Below, in pieces: positions 38,578 to 52,497 of a DNA stretch of 64,000 bases. Source of the stretch: Eledone cirrhosa (taxonomy: Eukaryota); assembly GCA_964016885.1 (NCBI GenBank), contig OZ024745.1:43586001-43650000 (forward strand). Reading direction: 5' to 3'. Each line of letters starts with the position of its first letter. Position 1 is the stretch's first letter. Made by a program: the position numbers and the translations under genes. The notes under the pieces are model-generated. The model was not told the origin of the DNA. It did no database searches and was given only the letters and a program-made list of their open reading frames with translations.

Positions 38578-40399
38578 GTAAGTATTCCCTTGATGTATTG
38601 ATATCACTAACTCTAGAATAATTCTTATATCTCAGTATATTTTTCTTACTTTAGTAGATATCTCTAGTTATGGACCAGCTCTCTCTATTGAAAGTCAAAG
38701 AAATGTTGATATTAGTATTACTTTTAAATTCTGAGATACACTTAGAGAATGAATTAGAGACCAATTTTTGGACTTTTAGCAGCCTTTAAGTACTCGGTGA
38801 AAGGTTTTAACACTTAATGAAACTGCATTAACAAAACATTCTTAAAAAGTACAAAACAGCTCTACGACAGCATCACATTCAAAATTGAAGTCTTAACTTT
38901 TGTTTACAGCAAATTTTCACAAGGATCTGTCCTTTAGTAAATATACTATAAACATTTGAATTAACAAAACTGTTTTTAAATATTTCTTGCTAAATCATTA
39001 CAGGATGTTAAGAGTTAATTGTATTTAGAGGCAACACATACAATTCAATTTGTTCCAAACTTTGAAAACACATTAGTTTTTATGATTATATTTTCATGAA
39101 ATTATTGACACAGATGATGATAGTGATTTTAGTGGTGGTGGTGGTGGTGGTGGTTGGTAACTGGTGGTGGCAGCTGCGGCATTGATTTTTCAATTAATTT
39201 TTCAGCATATATGAGACTAACTCCCACCCCTCTCCTCCCTCACATCATTCTGTCAACTCCCATCACAATTGTCATACACCCATGATACCATACTTGTCAT
39301 ACATTGGTGACACCATACTTCTCATCCTTTACTCCCACCCCTATCAGCTATCATTTACCCATGACATCATACTTCTCATCCTCCATTCCCACTTCCACCT
39401 CAATATGCCATCATTTACCAATGACATCATACTTATCTTCCTTTTTATCTCTCCCTCATCCCTTCCTGAACATGTTTGACTTAGGTTATCTTTTCCCCCT
39501 TCTACTGGCTCTACCAATTTGTTACTTTAATAATAATAATCTAAGCATAATGTGTTTGAATAGAATAATACTGATTTACATAGTAGATAAATTTCTCATT
39601 TGGTGAGTCAAACAACAGCTGAATTTGCTGCATAATTTTAAAAGGGACATAAAAACTGCCAATGGCAAAATCCTTATAAAATATTTCCCAGGTGTTTTAA
39701 CTTAATTATCCATTCCAGATGTTTCTGAATTGTTTTCATGTTAAAAATGCCTTTAAAAAATGGCAAAAAGTTATATAGTCTTCCATTGATCAAGATTTCT
39801 GAATTGAAACTAAAAAATTTAGGGAAAATATTTCCCAATGCAAGACTTTTTCTCATTAAAAGAGGAGATATTGTATTGCTAATCCAGGTTTATTTCTTTT
39901 TGTTGTATATTTGTAGCCCTTATGCATGATTCCCTCTTCTTCTTAATTCTCTTTCTGTTCATATTTTCCTTTTCACATACATAACTCCCATGAAAATCAC
40001 TACATCTTTGCTTACATCTACTGGCTGCCATATTGAATATTTTTCTTCTGTTTATAAAATAGTCATATCAAATCCATTTTGTTTTTATTTTCCTTTTCTT
40101 CTTCCATTATTGACAAAATTATCTTTTCAATTAAGTTTTACTTTCCTCGTTCATTTTTTTCACTTTTAGTCTATGAATAATTTCCTTGTCTCTCATTCAA
40201 AATTAAAACAAATTATTTGCTTCTTATGATTTCTAAGGATTGTCCCTTAACGTTTATTTTTAATTATTACACTACCATACACATGGTAATTTACATTAGT
40301 TTGTACCATTCATTTGTTTTCACAGTTTGCCTGTGTCTGCCTTCACATCTTCACACTAATTGATGTTTGCTGATGCTTCTCAAAACTGCATTCTTGCAG

Positions 40400-40462
40400 G
40401 TTGCTGCTATTGTTATGGTGTTTAGGCAGGATATCCTGGATGAAAACTCACAAAAACCCGAG
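40400..40462 (+). CDS. Candidate 63-nt alternative exon VAAIVMVFRQDILDENSQKPE
   Basis: Branch-like CACTAAT, UGC-rich tract, ttcttgCAG acceptor; weak GAG|GTGCCA donor; phase 0/0; TGCATG at 40552. Confidence 0.4.
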
Positions 40463-42121
40463 GTGCCACCGCTAAAAGATTCTTGCCTCAAATTTTATTG
40501 TTTGCCAGCTTTTTCATTTTTACTTTCTTTGTATGAGTTATTTGTAAAGATTGCATGTTTCTGCTTAAAGTTGACAACCACATATTGCTGGTTTCCTTTT
40601 CTGCCAGTGTCTCCTTCTTTACTGCCAAGTTTCATATATAATCTGTTACTCATTGCTAAATAGATAACATTTGCTTTTAAACTGAAATCAAAACAATTCA
40701 GAAAAGGTTTAGCAAAATAATTTTGTTTTTCAGCTGATTGTTTTCAACTTTTTCTAGACATTTCTGTGAATTATATTAGAAATTTTGCTGTTTTTTTTGT
40801 TTTTTTTTTACTTTTTGACATTTCTGTGTGTGTGTGTATGTGTGTGTGTATGTTTCAGTAGAATATGTTCTTCAGTTTGTAAAATTTATTTTATTACAAT
40901 TACATTATTGTCAGTGTCCAGTATTAGATATTCTTTAGTAGATCTGCTAATGTAGCTATTCTCATATTTTACTGAAATTCACAGGAATATCTTTGTAGTG
41001 TCAGATCGTAGTTTATTAGATATCTAGTATTATCATTTATTTCATTTTTAATTAAATTTGGATCTAGAGATTTAAATATTTTTTTTAATCCTTTACAAAT
41101 TGCCAGTTTAAAGGATTTGCTTCCATACTGTTATGAAATAATATTTTATACATCATCTTTTATGTTTGCTAAGACTTCTGAAAGATTTATTGGATATATA
41201 TTGGAAGATAATTTCACCATCTATATTTTGGTAAGTCTTAGAAGATTTACTACAGTGATGAAGAAAAAAGTAATGTACCTCCTGTTTATGTCCAGTAAGT
41301 TTTATAGAAGGCTTAAGTTAGGAATGCTGTTAGAATTTTAGTTTTAAGCACGACTCATTTAGATAACTTTTCTTATAACTCTTTTGAAAATAATTAGTAT
41401 GTAATTAATTGTTGCTTACAGGAATGAGCATAGAATTGGCTAGTTGCTTGCTGTCTTGAAAGTTTTAGAAAAATATGTTATGTTTTTAATATTTTGGATT
41501 TTCTTGGTTGAAAAACAAAGGAGACCAAGTTTAAATGAGTACTTGATACATATTAATCATAGTTAATCTGTAGAGAATATATTTTATTATGATTTACATC
41601 TGAATGGTGAATTCGATGACCTTATTTTTTAAAACTAGATTTTTATAATTGTAAGATAATTGGCAAAAAACAGCAATCTCACCAGATGAGGCAAATTAGG
41701 ACATTCTAATTATTACGAAGTCATTAAATAAACCATATATTTTGTATATTTGGATGTGTGTGTATATATATATATGAGTGTGTGTATAACAATTGGATTA
41801 CCATCAGCCTCTAAACCATCCACCAATTGTCAAATGCCAATTGGCCAGCTTCCACTGATACTGCTTAAGTTATCACAGCTATAAAACCCATTTCTCACTC
41901 ACACAGATAATAATTATTTTTTCACTGAATAGGAGAGATGCAGCGACAATAATTTCCAAGCAGTCTGAAGTAATCTATTGCACAACAATTCAGATTTCAT
42001 AGGCGAAAAAATATTGTTGTTATATCGAAACAAGTGTTAGAAAGAATTATTAATAATTGTTAATAAACAAAATATAGAATGTCAATATTTCTGGTCTCAT
42101 GATTTTTCCACATCTATGACC

Positions 42122-42209
<88 letters not shown>

Positions 42210-42211
<2 letters not shown>

Positions 42212-44060
42212 CAAGGGTAAAGGAGACGCCCTAGATAGGAGTAACTATAGAGGCATTAAATTAATCGACCAGGTCATGAAGGTCACGGAAAAAGTAATAG
42301 CGCAACTAATCAGAGAGAGAATTGATCTAGATGAAATGCAGTTCGGGTTTGTGTCAGGCAAAAGTACCACAGACGCTCTTTTCATTGTATGACAACTACA
42401 GGAGAAATACCTAGCTAAAAGTAAACCCCTATACTTAGCTTTCGTCGACTTGGAGAAAGCCTTCGACAGAGTCCCCCGTTCCATTATCTGGTGGGCTCTT
42501 AGAAAACTAGGTGTTGATGAATGGCTTGTGAGAGCTATACAAGCCATGTATAAAGAAACAGTGAGCAAGGTTAGAATTAACAATGAATATAGTGAAGAGT
42601 TTAGCGTAAAAGTTGGTGTTCATCAGGGCTCTGTTCTTAGCCCCCTACTATTTGTTATTGCCCTTCAGGCTATAACAGTGGAGTTCAAGACTGGCTGCCC
42701 ATGGGAAATCCTATACGCAGATGATCTAACGCTCATAGCTGAATCAATGACCGAGCTAGAGAAGAAATTCCAAACATGGAAGCACGGCCTAGAATCAAAA
42801 GGCCTTAAAATTAACCTGGCTAAGACTAAAGTTCTAGTTTGTAGGAAAGAAAATAAGGCGCCGGTCCCTTCCGGGAAATGGCCATGCTCAGTGTGTAGGA
42901 AAGGCGAAGGTAGAAACTCCATTTTATGTCCCAAATGCAAACTATGGGTGCATAAAAGATGTAGTGGGATCACAGGTAATCTAACTAAGAACATAGATTT
43001 TACATGTGGCCGGTGCTCTGGTGCAATAAGTAGCAGCAAGTGCACACAAAATACTAGCTCTTTCAATTGCGCAGAGGGTTCTATAGAAATAGTGGACAGC
43101 TTCCGTTACCTGGGTGACAAAATCAGCAGTGGGGGAGGGAGCTCTGAAAGTACAGTAGCTAGAGTCAGAACTGGATGGAAAAAGTTCAGAGAGCTTATAC
43201 CACTATTAGCCGCTAAAGGGTTCTCCCTAAAAATGAAAGGCAGGCTGTATGATGCCTGCATACGAACAGCAATGTTGCATGGCAGTGAGACCTGGGCATT
43301 GTGTGCAGAGGATATACGCAGACTAGAGAGGAACGAAGCTTGCATGCTCCGCTGGATGTGTAATAGTAATATACGCGAACGGCAAAGCATAAACGAACTA
43401 AGGGAAAAATTAGAAATAAGAGGGATCAGATGTTGTTTACTCGAGAGAAGGCTACGTTGGTATGGACACGTGATGCGCATGAAAGACGACAGCTGTATAG
43501 CAAAGTGCAGGTCAATAAAGATAGACGGTAGCCACGGAGTAGGCAGACCCAGAAAAACCTGGGACGACCTGATAAATTCCGACCTCACACACTTACACCT
43601 CTCCAAGACAATGTCACTGGACCGAGATCTTTGGCGGCACTCAGTAATAGAGAAGACCCGCCTTACCTAAATACAAAGTAAAACCTACTACAGTCAGTAG
43701 GCATCTCTAACAAAATACACCCCCGTCCCACCACCCCCACCCATCCACACCACCCTTTTCAATGTAAAGTTATGTTGGTGCCACAACATCCAGGCTGAAA
43801 CAAATGAGATCGTGTAGGTGTCACGACAAAAAAACACACAGTCCACGCTGTAATGTGGCCGCGTAGGCAACACGGTAAAAACCTCCCCGTCCCACACTGT
43901 AAATGTGGTTGGTGTTAGGAAGGGCATCCAGCTGTAGAAAACCCGCCAGACAGTCCTATGCGAGCAAGACAACCACTCTTGCCTCAAGTGGGAAAACTCC
44001 CGTCCAAACCCATGCAAGCGCGGAACATGGACGTTAAACGATGATGATGATGATGATGAT
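42210..44060 (+). mobile_element. Young 5'-truncated RTE-clade LINE (RT, PHD-like finger, 3' UTR, (GAT)n tail)
   Basis: NYRGI, QFGF, DLEKAFD, GVHQGSVLSP, YADD; RRLRWYGHV and RPRKTW C-terminus; one TGA near 42390; flanked by CA/TA microsatellites. Confidence 0.95.
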
Positions 44061-44107
44061 ACATACACACACAGAGACACATGCAAAAAAACACACACAC
44101 ATACACA

Positions 44108-44163
<56 letters not shown>

Positions 44164-45817
44164 CTAGAAAGGGATATATATTAGAAAGCTAAGACAATGC
44201 AAAATCGATGGTAAAATGAAGGCAACAAAAAAGTTAATTACCTGGTATTTATTATTATTATCACTATCTTTTTTTTTCTGTTGTCCTAATATTTCAGGAC
44301 TTAAAATTTCCTACATTTTACTGTTCACTTTGCATTGTTTTAGCTTTCTTATATATATATATATATATCATTTTCTACATTATATACTATAGGCAATGCT
44401 TCAAGCAAACTTCAACATTCTATTATTTATATATATATATGTGTGTGAGTGTGAATTATCTGATAATCTAATGTTTCTTTTTAATGATTTTAATGTCCTA
44501 ATTTGCCTTATCTGAAAAGGTTGTCTGTTTTTTGCCAATTACAAAAATCTGGTTTTAAGATAGAAGCCAAGTCCTGATTATCTTTAAATGAGAGTGAAAC
44601 AAAGAATTTGTTACTGAGCTGTAAATCCTAATAAAATTGTGTTTTACTATCAATCTATTATAAATTAAACTAAATATTACATTAAATCTTAATAGTTTCT
44701 CTGCAAAAAGAAAGTCATTTCAGCAGAGACAAATATCAATCTATTCTGTAGAACAAATATCCTTGTCAGTTGAAAATTGATAAAGAATTATTGACACATT
44801 GTTAGATCATCTCAAAATTTAATTTAGTTTTAACCAATTTTTTTTTTTTTTTTCTATTTAATATATTATAAAAAACCCATCAATATTACATTTATTACTG
44901 TAAACTATAACAACTGTACTCTAGTAATAAAAAGAAATTCAGATAGTATGGTCTGATCACTTTAGAAAAATAGAGACATGTATGTTGGGTGAGTCTGTGT
45001 TGGTTGGTTTGCAGGAGCAGAAGCTGTGGTAGCATGTCTAGGTGGGGCAGAGTAAGCGAGCGAGAGAGAGGGAACAGTAGATGTTGAACTAAAGTTTGAA
45101 ACCTGTTTGTGTGGAAATCATTGCCAATAAGCCAGATGTTCTTCTTGGTTATAGCAAATGAATCTTATTGTGAATAATGACTTACGGTTAGCTATAGAAA
45201 TGTGTATGTAATATAAGTAATTTGGTGTTTTGTAAAATGAATAAATGTTTTATGAGTATCTTAATAATTTAGAGTGATCCAGTATTAGTTTCTTCAATTT
45301 AGTATAAGTGGTTTTAGTTAATATACTAATCACTTTCATTTGTTAATCCCAGAAGGATGACAAACAGATTACAGCAGCAGATTAGTTTGACAAATTTAAT
45401 ACAATATTTGTATTAATAGTTTAACATGTGTAGTTTGTATATATATGTGTGTGTGTGTGTGTGTCAACAGATGCCATAGATATGAGCAGCTTGTACTATC
45501 ATTACCCCAATGATACAAGCCCAGACAGTGTGGGAAAACACTCTCTAGCATGCACAATCACAGACAGAATGAATAAAACATTGCTCCAGATGATAGCAAG
45601 AGAGAAGCATTGAAATAACCATTCTAACTCAATCATAGTCTCTGTCCTGCAGGTTGCTGCCAACTCCACCCCAATAGAGTGAGTAGAGAGGTGGTACAGG
45701 GACCAGGATTGCTAGAAGTCTCTACTGCTACATGTTTAGTGACAAACAATTTAACTACGGTTCATTTACATGATCTTTAATTTGTATGTTCAGATTCTTT
45801 AGGATACTGTATTGAGT

Positions 45818-46891
45818 ACACAAGTATGTCTGTCTAGACAAAGGTATGTCTGTGTAGACACAGGTATGTCTGTGTAGACACAGGTATGTGTGTCTAGACA
45901 CAGGTATGTGTGTCTAGACACAGGTATGTGTGTCTAGACACAGGTATGTCCGTCTAGACACAGGTATGTATGTGTCTAGACACAGGTATGTGTTTCTAGA
46001 CACAGGTATGTGTGTAGACACAGGTATGTCTGTGTAGACACAGGTATATGTGTCTAGACACAGGTATGTGTGTCTAGACACAGGTATGTCTGTCTAGACA
46101 CAGGTATGTCTGTGTAGACACAGGTATATGTGTCTAGACACAGGTATGTGTGTCTAGACACAGGTATGTCTGTGTAGACACAGGTATGTCTGTGTAGACA
46201 CAGGTATGTGTGTCTAGACACAGGCATGTGTGTCTAGACACAGGTATGTGTGTCTAGACACAGGTATGTCTGTGTAGACACAGGTATGTGTGTCTAGACA
46301 CAGGTATATGTGTCTAGACACAGGTATATGTGTCTAGACACAGGTATATGTGTCTAGACACAGGTATGTGTCTAGACACAGGTATGTGTGTAGACACAGG
46401 TATGTCTGTGTAGACACAGGTATGTGTGTCTAGACATGGGTATATGTGTCTAGACACAGGTATGTGTGTCTAGACAGGTATATGTGTCTAGACACAGGTA
46501 TGTGTGTAGACACAGGTATGTCTGTGTAGACACAGGTATGTCTGTGTAGACACAGGTATGTGTGTCTAGACACAGGTATGTGTGTCTAGACACAGGTATG
46601 TCTGTGTAGACACAGGTATGTCTGTCTAGACACAGGTATGTGTGTAGACACAGGTATGTCTGTGTAGACACAGGTATGTCTGTGTAGACACAGGTATGTG
46701 TGTCTAGACACAGGTATGTGTGTAGACACAGGTATGTCTGTGTAGACACAGGTATGTGTGTCTAGACACAGGTATGTGTGTAGACACAGGTATGTCTGTG
46801 TAGACACAGGCATGTCTGTGTAGACACAGGTATGTGTGTCTAGACACAGGTATGTGTGTAGACACAGGTATGTCTGTGTAGACACAGGCAT
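45818..46891. repeat. Minisatellite, 18-20-bp unit ACACAGGTATGT(G/C)TGT(C/G)TAG, roughly 50-55 copies
   Basis: Directly visible tandem array. Confidence 0.97.
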
Positions 46892-47996
46892 GCCAGTGTC
46901 TAACTTTTTCATTATTAAACTGGTGTTTGGAACATAACTTTTAGATAAATATAAACAATTCAAAATAAACAGGAAAGGGTATAGCTTTCCCAACATTAAT
47001 CAATAGCTTTGAATGTATTTGATCCCTTGAAAATCAAGTTTATATTATAAATAGAACAAAATCAAGATCTGAAGAAGCTTAGCATTAAAAATGTCATCAC
47101 TGTTGATAATGAAGAAGTGATAAACATTTTCAAACACAAGGTCAACAGGAGAATGCTATTTTGATTTATTAAAATATGATAGCTTCCTTATTCTTTAGTG
47201 TCTCTGTCATCGTAGATGATTAAGGATATACATTTTACTTTTGAATTTTCCATTGTTGCTACTCCATAATGAGAGTTCCAATTGGTCTACTCATTAAATT
47301 AAGGTGTAAGTGAATGAGCATTCCATCGATATGTGAGATTCAGCATGACATAGTATGTAACAGGGCTGAATTTCAGCTACAATCCATATAATGAACTTCA
47401 AAACAGTTTCCTTCACAAGACTCAGATGGATGAAAGGCTATGGAGGAAGACACCCAAGATGCTGTGCTGTGAGATTGAACCCAGAACCTCATGATTCTTA
47501 AGAGATCTTCTTAACCCTTTAGTATTTAAACCAGCCACATCTGGCCAGAATTCTATCACCTCTTTCTGTTCAAACCAGTTGTAACCAGCTACTCATACCG
47601 ACGTTAAGTATTGTTCTCAAAATAAATATCAAAATTTCATAGATTCAATATTATGTGAGAGAATTATGTGAGATGAAGCCTTTTCTGGGAAAATACAATA
47701 GTAGATGTAGAATAATATGAAAGCTAAAGGGTTAAACACTCAGCTATGCTGCATCTAACCAGCATATTATATAACTTGCAATATATATCTATAAATCTCT
47801 AATTCAGAGTTTCATGTTATACCAGATTCAAATGTATATACAACTAAATACTTTTATATGATGTGCAAGATATAAGTTAATACAAATAAAAATGAATAAT
47901 AATTGTAAATAAACTCCAATATTTCCCTATCTTCATATCTTGTGAAAATCTTACAATAGAAATTATTTTATTTAATTAGCTTTATATATATACATG

Positions 47997-48067
<71 letters not shown>

Positions 48068-48923
48068 TTCATTTTATTATGTGATAAACAGGCAAAACTC
48101 TAGAGTAACAAAACTCACTATTTAGCCTTAATAAAATATTTAAACTCTACTTCGGTATTGAGTACTCTTTTCTCTCAACTGTCAACCACATATGTATGTA
48201 TATATATATATATATCCTATGTGGGATTGTGGATTTTGTTTTTTTTAATGTTAGGGGTGTGCATTTTTTCAACTGAACGCTGCCCTTTTGAAGGTCTGTG
48301 CACATCACTGCTTATATATATGTATATATATATAACTAACCATGCTAATTTGTGTTGTTTTTTTATGAGCTTTAATAATGAGTGCTAATAAAGTGTTATT
48401 TTAGTGGTGAAAATGTGGTGCTGAACCTTTATCGAATTTCTGTTTTAATCCATCTGCTTCTTATATTTGGAAAAAGAGAAAATACTACATACTCTTGATG
48501 TTAAGCATACTTTCTATCTTGCAGGTGTAATGATTTAGATGCTCTGTGTACTGTGTTCATCTTACTAATTTTCTCTTAATAAATTGATTGATTTCTTCAT
48601 TATTTTTAGCTGTTTCCTTATCTATATATATATTATGTTCTATGAGTTTTCCTGTCTATTAACTTTGCCTTCTGACTTTCTATCTATACCATGTGTTAGG
48701 CATCTGTAAAAATGATAGCTCTAACAATCCCTATCTAGATGCAGTTCTTAACCAAACCATTATTTTCTCTTACCTGGTGGATTATCTGACCACTAATTAA
48801 ATATACATCACATCTTTCTACCACACTTTTATGTATTCATTTAATAAATGGCACTCAATTTATATGCATTGAATATAGTTGAAGTCATAAATAATCTGTG
48901 AACAAACAATACATTTTGCACAG

Positions 48924-48941
48924 GATCAGAAAAAGAAGCAG
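48924..48941 (+). CDS. Candidate 18-nt microexon DQKKKQ
   Basis: ttttgcaCAG acceptor, purine-rich body, CAG|GTTGTG donor, frame-preserving. Confidence 0.3.
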
Positions 48942-51204
48942 GTTGTGTTATCAGTCCTGTTATTTTGTAGCCTTTTCAAATGGAGAGCTATGTACGAAAG
49001 GCATGCATTATCAACTACACTCTTTACCCCGACCCACCATCAGCTCCACCATCGCATATCTACTGCACCCTCTGCGGAAACCATGTAGTGGGATGTGACA
49101 GGAGTAATTCTCATCATTCCCCTCATCACTCTTTATTACTGTTTCATCATCTTTGTGCCCCTTCACTTTCTCAGTCATTAATCCTCCCATTTCCCTCACA
49201 TCACTCAGTTTCACCCTCACCACTCACCTCACCAACCCAAAACTTCTGGAACAAGTCTTCCCTCCCTTTCTCCCTCTAGTGTCAGTCACAATATAAAATG
49301 CACATGGTACTTTCAATGTAATGGTTGGCATTCAACTAGTTTCATCATAGGGAAAGGAGGGCTCTTCAGTCAAATCAATGACCTGGCACCCTCCCTAGTG
49401 CTGGTGCCATAACAAGATGTACTTATTAGATTCTGAAATGCACCAAAAACAGTTGTGAGAACTTTTCAATTATGTCAAGGACAAACGCTCTAATTTTTAA
49501 AGTCAGCTAACCAGCTGCAACTCCACAATTTCAATACTAGTTCGTTATTCTTGATGCTAAACAAACTTCATCTTTGACTCATCCAAGATGAATGTATGGA
49601 TGACACTTCACATCACATCTTTCACTCAAGCCTCAACCTACAAATAGTTCACTCATGGCTATGTTGCAACATTAAAAGTATAAAATACTGCCTACATCAC
49701 TCACCATCACAAACTGAGCAACATTTATTCACTAGTAAAAGACATGCATGGTGACCTTTTAGAAATCAAAGGATTCTTTTGTTCACTATACACTCTGCAA
49801 GCTCACACTTCTCAAATTATAGCCATAAACATAAGAGATATGACAATATAAACAATGGGGAAATTGTAACCTATATTCTTTTGTCAATACCAAAACTCAG
49901 TTAGTACAAATATCAAGGAAACTGTCTTGAACTACACCTTCCCTACATGTGAACAATGCATAGTTAATGCTCTCAAAATCATTAGACTTCACAATGTAAC
50001 TTCATAGCATCCTGATTTCATATATATGTAGGTGGCTCCAGCCTAGATGTCATATTGCTGCTTCAAACAAATATTTAAAACCATACACACAGAGCTATTT
50101 GGTTGATTAGCAAAGATTCATTCACTAACTTTATACTTCAATTACTCCTGGTCTATATATGGATTGCTTCCTCTCCATGTGTCTCTTTTATCCACATTAC
50201 AAACGCTCTAGTTCTCTGAACTATTTAGCTGCATACCACCTAATATATTTCTCTCTTCTCATCATCCAAATCCTACACTAACACTTTCTAGAGGCATCCA
50301 TCTCCAGAGCTGCAGTCCCATTCAATCATTTCATACATTCCTCACAAGTTCCTGTAAATATCATAAGCATTGTCTCTCTTTTTTGACTAATAACAAAATG
50401 TGCCATTAAATAGTCCCATCCCTCTTGGTTATAATTTAAGATCCTAAAAGAATCAATTTTTTTTCTTTTTTACCTACTACAATTAATAAGATATACCAGT
50501 AATGTGTAGGGACCAATCCAATTGTCTATATTTCTCTCCTGTAAAATGTGTGGGCTTTGCTTTGTTGAAAATGTTTATTTTACTGAAAAACTAAATCGTT
50601 TCTTAACTTTGTTTTATTTGATTTGATTTTATTAACATATTGATAAAAATTCTAAATATATTTTGTGATAAATATGCCACATTACCTTTTGTTTGTTGTA
50701 TAAAATAGTTATTAAAAAAATAATAATAATAATGAATTATTTCAACATGAATTTTATATCTTCAGGCTTTCAGTTTATACATCTTTTACCAATGTCATTA
50801 TTTAATATATTCTGGTAATATCCTTCAATTTTTAATGATGCTTTAGATTTTGGGCCTTAACAATAACTTGCTTCTCATTCTGTATGCTGTCTTGCTTGGT
50901 GAAATTCATACTGCAAATATGTCAAAATAAATCTAAAATATTGTTTTGATATGTTTTATGACATTTTATTATTCCAGATATGGATTTTATCTCTAAATGT
51001 CTCAAAAATGTTATTAAATATTTTTTTTTTAAATAAACAATTGCTTATTTATTCTTATGTTAACATTTCAACTGATTTATTTTTTCAGTTCTCTTCAAGT
51101 ATATGTAACTCAGTTGCACTTATTAAGGGCTACATTTTCAGACATTATAAGTGTGAAACATCTTAATGTGCAAGCTGAATTCCTTAGTTATCCTTGTGGT
51201 TTAA

Positions 51205-51425
51205 CCCTTTGGCATTTAAACCGGTCATATCCGGCCAGTATTCTCTCATCTCTTTCTGTTCAAACCAGCTGTAACTGGTCACTCATACTGATGTTAAGGT
51301 ATTGTTCTCAAAATAAATAATATCAAAATCACATAGATTCAATATTATGTGAGATAATTATGTGAAGTAAAACCTTTACTGTGAAAATATAGTAGTAAAT
51401 ATAGAGTAATGTAAATGCTAAAGGG
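51205..51425. mobile_element. piggyBac-type MITE family A; other copies 17795-17957, 47515-47731, 55293-55500
   Basis: TTAA|CCCTTT(A/G)GCATTTA...TAAATGCTAAAGGG|TTAA; shared internal sequence. Confidence 0.85.
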
Positions 51426-52114
51426 TTAAGATGTTTTACACTCATAATTAGTTTGCAATAGCGCATCTAGCAGATACACTAGGAAAACACCAGTGATAAA
51501 CTCCTTGTGTTAATGATAAAATTATACAAATGAATACAAAGAGAAATAGCTTTAAAATAGTTGATATCTTATTACCTAGTCTTTGTTGAGTTTTTTTGTT
51601 TGAAAAATTTTATATTTCATTTTTTTTTTCCAGAAAATATATTATATGAAGCAAAGTAGAAAATGTTTCAGTTCTTCTCTTTTATACATAGTTCATAAAT
51701 TTAAAGAAGCACATAAGCAACAAAGTGACTGCGTTCTAAACTAATTGATGTAGTGTCCCCAAAGCATGACAGTCAGACAATTATACAGTACAAAATATTT
51801 AATTAAAAATTTATTTAATATAATGTATTTAATTAAGCACTAATCCGTGAAAGTGCTCGATTATTAGATCATGCTTGCAGGACACAGACACTAGTATTCT
51901 TCTTATTTAGTAAGATGCATTAATAAACTTCGTTATGACAACTTTGCTGAAAATCTGTACCACTTTCATATAGTATCACAAACAAAGAAAATTGAGTTTC
52001 ATGTCAGACTTTTGACTAAGGAAACATGATTTTGTGTTTTATCACTATTGTAATATCTAAGGTAAGGCAGAGAAATGTTCCCACAGCAAAACAGGTAAAA
52101 TACAGACCTAATAC

Positions 52115-52497
52115 AACTGCTAGGGGTACAACTGCAAACCTGTCAGAGAGTGACCGATATTTGAGGAGTTTAGCCTCCTCAGCCGGACATGCAGCGGAAC
52201 CCGGGTTAATCTCAGACTGCACCAGATTGCGACTGCAGAAAGTGTCGGTGCAAGTGGCATCCCAGACGAGGGGTTTGCCACCGCGGAACGGGAAGATGGT
52301 CATGCCATCTGGCCTTTTGCCGTCCCCTCGGTCCAGCCCAACCGGCTCGAGCTGGGAAGGGAAGCCTGCAGCATCCAAGCTATGCTTTGTGACCTCGTTG
52401 AGGGCAGCATGGCATGGAAGGCAGCCGACACTGTGGCGACAGGAAAGCGACTGGAGGCCGAAAGGGTCCACGGTGGATCCGCAGCGACTGGAGCAGT
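52115..52497 (-). mobile_element. Non-LTR retrotransposon fragment with restriction-like endonuclease (CRE-like)
   Basis: C..CG...SC, HAALN, LEP.GL.R.DGKRPDG, WDATC, EEAKLLKY; GC-rich island. Confidence 0.85.

Noticed and set aside
42245-43606. Antisense ORFs over the RTE copy
   Set aside because: Shadow frames of the retrotransposon ORF.
45653-45678. cctgCAG|GTTGCTGCC...GA|GTGAGT candidate exon
   Set aside because: 26 nt would frameshift; no homology support. A poison exon cannot be excluded.
45818-46891. CRISPR-like array or repeat ORFs
   Set aside because: Head-to-tail units with no unique spacers, no cas genes, eukaryotic intron.
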